A stretch of 64,000 nt of DNA from Chrysomallon squamiferum (lineage: Eukaryota > Animalia > Mollusca): positions 14,756,001 to 14,820,000 of the forward strand of contig CM022672.1 of the NCBI GenBank assembly GCA_012295275.1. Direction: 5' to 3'. Under the pieces are notes generated by a model. It was not told the DNA's origin. It ran no database searches and saw nothing but the letters and a program-made list of their open reading frames with translations. The translations under genes were made by a program, and so were the position numbers. Shown here piece by piece: positions 16,054 through 27,100 of the stretch (the stretch's first letter is position 1; the number at the start of each line of letters is the position of its first letter).

Positions 16054-16202
16054 AATACTGCACTGATCTGTTTGAATTGCTAGTTCTAAGAGCTGATGAA
16101 ATCTCACACACAGTTTCTGTAACAGAGAACATTATATCTGAAAAGCTTGTAAGTTTCAAAAGCAAATGCAGCTGACTTCTTCTTGACAATGAGTTTTAAA
16201 GG
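16054..16202 (+). other. Candidate upstream (5' UTR or start) exon of cPLA2
   Basis: ttttcttacag| acceptor and GG|gtaagt donor around non-repetitive sequence. It ends ATG AGT TTT AAA GG (MSFK, phase 2), which does not join the phase-0 exon at 18539 directly. Confidence 0.4.
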
Positions 16203-16344
16203 GTAAGTGTATTTAATTTTTGTTTTTATAGTATTCTCATTAATAAAGCAAATATAATAGAGGTGGAGGCAGTTGGAGGGTTTTTAATTATGTTTTTTCT
16301 TACCTGGGTTTCTTATTTAATTTTATTTAATTTATTTATTTATT

Positions 16345-16440
<96 letters not shown>

Positions 16441-16455
16441 TATTATTATTATTAT

Positions 16456-16499
<44 letters not shown>

Positions 16500-16992
16500 T
16501 TACTATTATTATTATTAATGCGACACTGTTTAAGAAGCTTTTAGAATGTTCCTTTTGTGGAATGAATCATTGGTCTTATAAACTTATTTAGCCTTCAAGG
16601 TAATTATTTTGTTGATTTGGGCAAACCTATCACCAATCGAAACAAAATATGGCCATAAAAATATAATACAATTACAAAACATGAGTATGCAGCCATCTTG
16701 GCCCTTTACAGTTGACTCATGAAGTCATTGTATTCAAGCTGGATGGTCAGCTGCATTTGTTCTGAAGAAGTAATTTTAGAGCAAATCAGTCTGACCTGTG
16801 TATGATGATATCTAAACAAGAGAAAAATAGCAGATTCCACATTATTTTTAAACTGTCCTCTTTGTTGTTATACTTTGTTGTTAGTTAAGATTAGGCAGCA
16901 ACAAACTAATAAACCGTAACTTAGAAGTAAAAAAGAATTCATTAAGACTATTTCTCTGTATTACTTCAACATAAGTATTCTATTCAGTAAGG

Positions 16993-17041
<49 letters not shown>

Positions 17042-18538
17042 CATCATTATTATTATTATTATGATTTTGTTTTTGTTGTTAATGATGTTTTCTTGATAAT
17101 ATAATGCTGTTTTACTGGATACATTTCAATTAGTTAGTCATTTTAACAGATAATGAAAACAATTCAAATTTTAAAAATTACATTTTACTGGATACATATC
17201 AATAATTTGACAACATCCATTTTGACATAACAGAAAATTCAAAAAACAAATCAAATTTGACATAAAAAATAAAATTATTATTTTAAAAATTTAATATAAT
17301 CTGACAACATCCATTTTGTAAAATAAAGAAATAATTCAAAAATAACTGATATTTATTTTTTTATTATTCTAAAAAAATACTAACTTTTTTTATTTTTTAT
17401 TATTCGTTCAAAATCTTTTTTTGGTAATTCAAAACGTTCAAGGTTTTTTCATTTTACAATTACATTTTTATCAATACATTTATTTCTTGAGACTTAAATT
17501 TAAACATAAAAAAAAATAAAAATAAAAAAAAAAAGAAGGCAAGAAAAAACATAAAATAAATAAATTAAAATATGAAAATTGTACATAAATATTACAGTGT
17601 TATGTTCAGTCTAGTACATATATCAATATATGAATATTAATAATAATAAAAAACTGACATGCATGTACACACACACACACACACACACACAATGTATTTA
17701 TGCATATACATACATGCATATAGACAAACACAGTGACAAACATATATATGAATAATACTACAAAGTACAAATATTTTATGATGTGAGATAAAATATGGTT
17801 AGTGTAAATATGTAAAACATAAATTAATGTAAATTACTGCTACATATGAATTATACATATAAATTAAGGGACAGCAAAAAACTAAAATTTCAGACTTAAA
17901 ATACACCAAATTTTCATGTTTTCAGTAAAACCTATCATGCAGTGAACCTAAATTAATTTTTGAAAATTGTGAAATTCATTCATATAACAAAACATAAATG
18001 ATAATGCTTATATTCATCCAGACACAGATATTCAATATTTGAATAATAATAATAATAATAAAAATTAATATAAATTTATCACTACGGTAATATTCATTCA
18101 AGTGACCATGTTTTACAACACAAATAAAAAAAGTTCTCTTTTCTTCCTACAAGTTAATATAACCCCTGTCCAATAAATGAAAGTCTGACAACATATAAAA
18201 TACATGAACTGACAGAAAGGTACTGAAGGAAGTACTGAAATAAGAAGTTATTCTGTTACTAAAAAATCTTCCTGTAATATGACAGCTGTAAAATGATATC
18301 TACCTGAAATGTAATAAATGAGGAAATGTGTTAGAAAACTGCAATATCAGCTGACAGAATAAGTACATACATTAATAATAATGCATGTGAACAAGACAGA
18401 TGTGTAATAATAACATGTATGTTTCAGTTGTGTATTAATAATATAAATGTTTTGATTGTTATAATAATCATTATTATTCCATGCTATGTGTGTATAATGA
18501 TGCTTTGGTCAAATTAATAATTGTCTGTGTTATTCCAG

Positions 18539-18620
18539 GTTGATCATAAACCATGTACAATCCTCCAAGTCAAAGTTGTGCGTGGACACAACATCACAAA
18601 AGGCTGGGCCAAGGACTGGT
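18539..18620 (+). CDS. PLA2G4A: cPLA2 exon, start of C2 domain (VDHKPCTILQVKVVRGHNITKGWAKDW)
   Basis: ttccag| acceptor and |gtaagt donor; 82 nt, phase 0 to 1; resembles VEHQYSHKFTVVVLRATKVTKG of cPLA2-alpha. Confidence 0.9.
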
Positions 18621-20352
18621 GTAAGTATAAATTTTCTAGATATCGATCAATGTTTTTCTTTTTTTTAACACTTAATAGACTTTAAAATTAACAGTCGCAG
18701 GATGACTGTGAATCTGAAACATTTTTACTATAATTTAAAAAAATTCCTGTGAGCCCAAAGTTCCTGCTTTTATATCATATTAGGAAGATGAATTCGAGTG
18801 ATGTCATGATTAGCCTTAGATTACAGCCTTTGTACATCCACAGTTCAAACTGACTTCAGTTCCCTTTATACAGCATATAAGAAAATAAGAACACACCTAG
18901 TTTGCCAGTATTTTCTTTTTTTTAATGGTTATTAAGTGTCAAATATTCAGATACAGAGGAAAGGAAACCTGCTGTCACCATTCCATGGGATATTTTCACC
19001 AGTTAGTGGCAGGAGACCTTTCATGAGCACCTTCTCATAAACAGCAAAACACTGATCTATGACATGACCAGTACAATAGATTCAGATCAGTAACGTATGG
19101 TAAATTCAGTGTAGTAGCTTGATGTCTAATGTTCTGTGGTTCACACACTGATTTGAAACCCAGTGATTTGAATTAATAATCTCTTGACTTTCCAGTGGAC
19201 ACGCCAGATCCCTACCTGACCCTTCTGATCACCACATCACCCAGCGGCTGGCAGAAAACATCCATCAAGGACAACGAAGTTAACCCAGTCTGGAATGAAA
19301 CCTTCACTTTCTTCCTCGACCCTTCAGTAGAAAACCAACTTGGTGAGTCTACAACACAATTTTTAAAAGCGTTTCGGCTGTTTCGTTTAGAATACATGAT
19401 TTATCTTTCATGTCTATTATTTTTAATCAGTCTCAGTTAAAATTAATTTGGTGGTACATGTAACTGTTTTACGTTAGTGGATATTTTAATAATTTTTTCT
19501 TCCAACCATACTTTTCTAATAATAAAGTATAATAATTAAAAAGATAAGCTCGTTATGTTTCTTTTAAATGATATTTTTGTTTTTCTTTCAAGGAGTCAGT
19601 TTATATATAGAAACTTAACAAAAATAAATCCTGACAGACTGAGTAGATCCAGAAATGATGTTTGCATCATCAGTCTGTGAAGAGTATTTTTACAATATGA
19701 TAATTTTATATGTATATGAAATAACAAGTAAAAAAAATATTACTAGCAAAGTTTGCATTGACTGATAAAACAATAAACTCCAACTTGCTATTTTATCACT
19801 GTACATTTATTATTAGCAAACACCATCACTGGCAAACATATTAATTCATTAACAAGAAGCTTGTTATGTTACTGGTATACTTCATTATTAGGAAAGGTTG
19901 TCTGTTACAGTTTTTAAAAATCTATTTAGCTTAATTAATCCTATCACAATAGATACACTCTCATTATTTAACAATTGTATTCATATTCTCAGCAATGGCT
20001 TGTAAGTGCATTTTAATTTGTATTATATTATAATGTTTGGAATACAGTTTTACTGTCCAGTCGTCTTATGCTTGTGTGAGTGAGCAAGAATAAAACTGTA
20101 ATATTCTGTTGATTTAATTTTAGATATTACACTGATGGATGCCAACTATGTCATGGATGAAGAATTATCTTCAAGACAGTTACCACTGAAACCTCTACCT
20201 GTGAACAAAAAAATCTGTCACAGAATTAAGTTTAATGAGGTAGGTTCTTGAAAATTAAAATTAAAATTAAAATTAAATATGGAGGCAAATGTTATAAATT
20301 TAGAGAATTCTGAATAATCTATTTTTATATTAACAGTTTCAGTGTGTATGTA

Positions 20353-20388
<36 letters not shown>

Positions 20389-21087
20389 CGTGTGTGTGTG
20401 TGTGTGTGTGTACATGTGTGTTTGTGTTTGTGTGTTATCTATGAGTAGACATCTGTGGTTTTGACCATGCAAGATTCAGTAATATATATTTTTTTAAATT
20501 ACTCTCTATAAACTGTATCTTCTTATGGTTGCATCATACAGCAATGCTAGAAAGTCCTCAAACAATAAACTGCTCATATATTAATAAGTTACACAGCAAA
20601 TACCATAAACATCTTCAGTGAACACTGAGCAGCCTATTTCAGTTTTAATAAATTTATTATTTTACAGACGTCTGAAGTGGATATTGAGCTGTCGGCCACT
20701 GTTGAGTAAGTGTGTTTGACCTTCTGATTAAATCACAGTCCATTTTAAATGAACAACACAAAACAAACATTGAAAAATGAATGCAAAGTAGGGCAATATG
20801 CTCTGAATACTGAAATTAAAAAAATGAAATATCAGTAGATGGTATTTTAAAGATTTCTCCCACATATTGGTTGTATTTAATGATAAGGTTTTAAAATGGA
20901 TCTATACAGGATAGTGTAAATACATTTTGTACTGCTGATTCTCAACTTTTAATAATAATAAAGTATGACAATAAAACAGAAAGCATTGTGAGGGTGTGTA
21001 CAGTTTGCATTTGTTTTTCTGTGACATCATTTCATCCACAAAAATGTCAATAAAAATAACTTTAATTATAATAATAATAATAATAAC

Positions 21088-21150
<63 letters not shown>

Positions 21151-24100
21151 TTTTCTTTTTAAGCAACAATCCTCAGCTGAGGTACAGCCTGGCCCTATGT
21201 GATGAAGAAAAATGTTTTGTTCAAACTCGAAAACAAAAAATGTTCGCGTCCATGAAAGAAATTTTGAAGGAATCTGGTCCCAGAACTATGAGAGAAGTCA
21301 GTTAACCTTTGTTACTGTAGACAGCTTTGTCTGAGTGTTTGTGATTCAGTATAATGTGCATCACTGACTGTGTCTCACTGACTGTGTGTATGTTTGTATA
21401 TTTGTGAATGGTGGTTCTGATTTTTGATCTTTTTTTGTTTTTTTTTTTTTTGTTTATGAATTATGTTTGTGTATGTGTGTTTGTTATGTTTGTACGTGTT
21501 TGAGTATATATATATAATTTTTCTTTCTTTTTCTGTCTTTATATGTTTGTTAGTGAATATACACGTGATAAATGATGCTTTTACTGAATTAAAGTAGTGA
21601 AGATTTAATTAAGAAAAATTATCCACCCATAGTTTTGTGTGAAGTGAAACCAGTTAATCTATTAAGCCTGAAATTAAGCCTGTATTTTGAACTGCAACAA
21701 AATTTTCACTGCAACTGATATAATCCTCTTTAGCTAACAAAACCATCATTTGTTATTTGTTTATTTATTTAAATGTATTTATTTGTTTATATGTTTATTT
21801 ATTTTTATTTATTTATTTACTTGTTTGTTTGTTTATTTGTTCATTCATTTATTTATTTATTTACTTATTTGTTTATTTGTTTATTTATTTATTTGTTTAT
21901 TTATTTATTTATTTATATATTTGTTTGTTTGTTTAAATGTATTTATTTGTTCATTTGTTATACTGTTTGTTTATTAATTTATTTGTTCTTTTGTTATACT
22001 GTTTATTTGTTTATTAATTTATTTATTTACTTATTTGTTTGTTTGTTTATTTGTTTGTTTATTTGTTTGTTCATTTGTTTATTTGTTTGTTTGTTTGTTT
22101 GTTTGATTATTTATTTATTTGTTTGACTGTTTGCTGGCAGGTGCCCACTATAGGCGTGCTTGGTTCAGGAGGAGGGTTCCGAGCTATGACTGCTCTGTGT
22201 GGAGTCATGACTGCGCTGGTTGACAGTAAAATACTTGACATGGTCACATACATAGCCGGGCTGTCTGGATCTGCCTGGTAATTTCTTTACACAATCAACA
22301 AACAGTATTTCACAAGCCTGTCAGGTTTTCTTTTCCATTCATGTCAGTACTCCACAACTAGGGAAGCAAAGTCAGTGGTGTGTATTGTCCTGTCTGTGGG
22401 ATGGTGTATGAAAAAGATATCTTCCTGCTAATTAAAATGAGCTGTCTGTTATACTATGTCCCTATACAGTTATCAGTCTAATTTTCTATTATAATTTGTG
22501 AACAACATGATAAAACCATATTATTAAAATGTCTGAAGCATGTCAATAAATAAAATATTTAAAAAAAATTTTTATCAGAAATTATTGGTGGTACAATCAC
22601 AAAGGGCTACATTACTTGTTAAAGTATTAAGAAAAGAAAAATACATTTTAAATACAGATAACTATTTATTGAAATAATTTGTTACCTTCTTTAATTTAAT
22701 CTAATATAAAATAAAATAAATAAATGTACATTAATTTCATACCAGTTTTCAAGGCTTATACATTAGTGTGCCTAATATATATATACCTAGGTAAATATAA
22801 TTGTCTGTCTGTTTGTACAAACTGTATACACATCCACGAAGCAGAAGATTATAATTACTATGCCTTGTACATTGATAAATTATAGTACTCTATTTGTTTG
22901 TACTAAATATATACCTTTTACCAAGAAGCATAAGATATTGCATATTATAAAAAAAAAAAAAGCATTTAGACTAATTGCTTTAAACTATGGAAGAACATAT
23001 ATAAATATAAAAAAAAAATAAAAATACAATTTGAAGTATAGAAAATTTATCAAGTTTATTTTTCTATATCACCAGACATAAACTTTAATACCACTGTAGG
23101 AATAATTAAAATATTCTGAAAATACATTTATGCTGATTGTTTTCACCAATACAAGTATGAATAAAATGACCATTTGAAAACAGCAGTGAAAATACACTTA
23201 GTATATCTGTACCACCGGAGACAGACTTTATTTAACATCACAGCAGGTAAAACATGATAAAACATTTAACAAAGTATTTCTGCTCTGCTCTGCTCTGCAG
23301 GTACATTTCCCAGCTGTACTCACACCCTGATTGGCCAGCCCAGAGTCCAGGGGAACTGAGAGAGGAACTGAAGCGCAATATTGAAAACAGCCCATTCAGG
23401 CTTCTTGGTCCACAGAGCATGTATCGATACATTACACGCATCATTGAAAAGAGAAAACAAGGCCAGCCTGTCTCCTTCACTGACTTGTTTGGTCACTTGG
23501 TAGGAGAAACGATCCTTAAAGGGGTAAGAGTGAAAATACAGTGAAAAATTGTGAGTTCTAAAAAAATCCTTAAAAGGATGAGTAAAGATACATTGAAAAT
23601 TGGCAATTTAAAAACAATGTTTAAAGGGATAAGATCAAAATGCAGCTAAAATTGGCATTTTAAAAACAGTCCTTAAAGGAGTAAGCTCCACTGAGTCTAT
23701 ATTCTATAAGTTGAAAAATATTAAATATTCTTTAAATATTGATTATGTTCCATTAAATCCTCTGACTTATTATTATCATTTTTTAATCTTTATGATAGTT
23801 TTAAAGTCTCTATTCTGAAATAAAAATAAAAATATTCATGAAATGTTGTGTGTGTGTGTGTGTGGTATTCTGCAAAGAGAAAAACTGAAATTCTGTTTCA
23901 CCAGAGAATGGAGTGCAAGCTGTCAGGCCAGCACATAAAGCTACAAGATGGAAACATTCCAATGCCAATATACACCTGTCTCCACGTGAAGAAACATGTG
24001 TCAGCCATGATATTTCATGGTAAGTAATTTCACCTCTTCATTTTGATAGACTTTTTATATATTCATTATATTTAATGTACTTGGATTCATACTTGAGAGA

Positions 24101-27100
24101 AGGCACATACTCAAACACATACAGACAGACACACACATGCACATGCAGATATACTCAAACATACACACACCTACAAAGAGAAATGACAACCACAACATGT
24201 CTATTTTTGAGTTTCTCTTAAAATCAAAGTAAAATGCTTTAAATAATCTATAAAAGTAAACATCTTTGTCTGTCTTTGTTGTTCCTGGTAACATTCGGGA
24301 TTATAGTATCATCTTCAGTAATTGGCTTCTTAATTAACTGTAGTAAAACTGACAGGAAACAATGCAAAATAATAATAATAATCATAATAATAATAATAAT
24401 AACAATAACAATAACAATAATAATAATAATATTAATAAATAAAAATAAATAAATAAATAAATAATTAAATAAATAAATAAAAATTCTTGAATACAATAAT
24501 TAATATAAATAAATAAACTTAACAGACTGAGTGTTAACAACAGTTTCCATATCTATTATTCTATTTACAAAGTGATATTACAATAAAATGGGAATATATA
24601 TCAGCATTAATCTATATATCTTCACTTGTTATTTTATAGTCTTACCCGTAATTATTTATTATGACAGGCAGTTAAAAACAACCTTAAATTATTATCATTT
24701 TAAAGTACACAAAGTCTGTTTAGATTTCCTGCACCACATAATCCTTAATTACTGTTATTAAATAATTTATGTTCGTATTTCTTAGTATAGTCAAATCATT
24801 TATGATTAATTGATATAAGCTTCATTCAGTTCCTAAAAACATGTTCAAACTTGTTAATACTGGAACCAGACGAGTTTTTTTTCTGGTCCTGGTTATTAGA
24901 TTTTCTTGGTTTTTGAATCAGAACATTAAAATATTAAGATATACAATAAAAAATTAAAAAAAGAAGAATATAACTGTATTTAGTCGAGAAAAATTACTAC
25001 ATTTCCTTTAAAAGAGTTTTTTTTTGGTAATTCTGATAAATGAGTTTGATATGTTTATCAGATTGAACTCTATAATTATTTCTCTTAAAAAAAAAAAAAA
25101 ACAATAACAAAAATACAAAAAAAAAAACAACAAATAAACAAATGATAAATAAATAAATAAAGATAAAATAAAATAAAATAAAATAAAATAAAACACAGTA
25201 TAATTTAATACCATACAGTATAACATAACATAACCTAATAAAACACATTTCAAAATCATGTAACTTTTTAACTTAAAATGCAGACTTTCAGTTATGATGA
25301 TTATTTCAGAATGGATGGAGTTTTCACCATTTGAAATTGGAATGCCTAAATACGGAACCTTCATGAAGCCTGAAATATTTGGAAGCAAGTTTTTCATGGG
25401 CCAGATAGTGAAAAGACATCCAGAGCCTTATTTACATTTCTTACAAGGTAAATGTTAGGACAAAAAATGGCAGATAAAAGATTTCAGAAAAAGAAGAGAG
25501 TTTTGCTTTTGTTATGGAAGGTGTAATTATATACTTTAAGATGAAATTAGTATAATTCTAAGTGAAAATATCAGGGACTGGTTTTGTGGATTTCTTCTTC
25601 TTCTTCTTTTTTTTTTTTTTTTTGTTTGTTATTTAAAAAAGAAAAGATTATCTGAAGAGCTAGCTGAAGCAGGATCAATCCTCCACATACCTGTTATCTG
25701 GCTATTTCTCAAACCAACCAACTGTTCATTAAAGGCTGTGGTATATACATTGTACAATCTCTGGGAAGGTGGATGTAACTGATTGCCCTGTGTTGCTAAT
25801 GAATAAGAATAATCCAGGGACTTGTGGCAGTAGGTTTCAAATCTCCACTTTTTTTAATATGCGAAAACAAATATTAATAATAATACCTACAATAATATAT
25901 ATAGCACAGTTATATATAATGTAATGTGTATTAGTATATTTAAAAACTGGAGATCTGAAACCTACTGCCTCAAGTTCCTGGGTTATATATCTATATATAT
26001 ATATATATAATTTGCACTTAAAACTGATTAATATGAAAATACATTAATTTCCAAGTAAACCTTCATTTATTCTTTTGTTCAATTCATTCACCCCATCGTT
26101 CCATGTATTGTTGATCTATGTCTTTGTTTTTCAAGGTATATGGGGGAGTGCATTCTGCATCCAGTTTAAACATTTGCTGAAAGATGACAAAAAGGTTGAT
26201 ATGGCTGAGCTGATGAGAAGAGAAAGGGAAGAACTTGGTGAGTGTATTTAACATGTACGTGATGTCAAACAACAAAATGGTGTAAACAGCATTTAAATCA
26301 TTCTGAATTAGTCATTACCATGTAATTTTATGGTGGGAGTTAATAGCCTATATATATATATATATACACATGTATGTATAGTTCTTTGTTTTTGTTCTCT
26401 TTGTAATTAAACATGTGTTTTTGTTAAATGGGAACATTGTTCATACTCCAAAATAATTGGTTTCTTTGTCAAAATGTACTGGGAACAAACAGCCTATCCA
26501 GATTGAAGAATTTGCACTAAGGAACAATAACTCTAGTTTAACTGTTAAAACTGGTAACGATTCTTTTACTTCTATGGAGATATAAATTCTAATATTGAGA
26601 AAAAAGTGAAAGACAAGAGAAAAATAGACTGACAGACAGACAAACAGACAGACAGACAGATGGGGAGAGACAATGAGTAAGAGAGAAAGATCTGTATTAA
26701 AAATGGAAACAATAATTATCTATCAGTTCTTATAAGAATGAATACAATTTAAACATGGTAAAATTGCATCACTAATCTTGAATGTGGCATCCAAGTTAAT
26801 GTTTTAAACAGGCCAGCTATAAATCAAAATTATCATAAGCCATGTACAATAATCATTCCTTCATTGGCTCCAGTCACCATTTTGCAGATAAAACATAAAA
26901 AACCTACTAAAAACTTGTATATGCACAAGTAATTAATTTTATTTATCTAGTTTCCTCCACACCTGAAAATGATTGCTAAAAACATAACTGTATGTGAGCA
27001 TGTACATATGTTTGTTTGCATTGTGCAAATGTAAACATGTATCCATATTCATATGGAAACATGAATGAATATACATGTGTGTGAATTTGCATATGTAAAC

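Noticed and set aside
16592-16599. 8-nt microexon tttag|CCTTCAAG|gtaatt that could bridge a phase-1 upstream exon to 18539
   Set aside because: Too short to distinguish from chance without transcript data.
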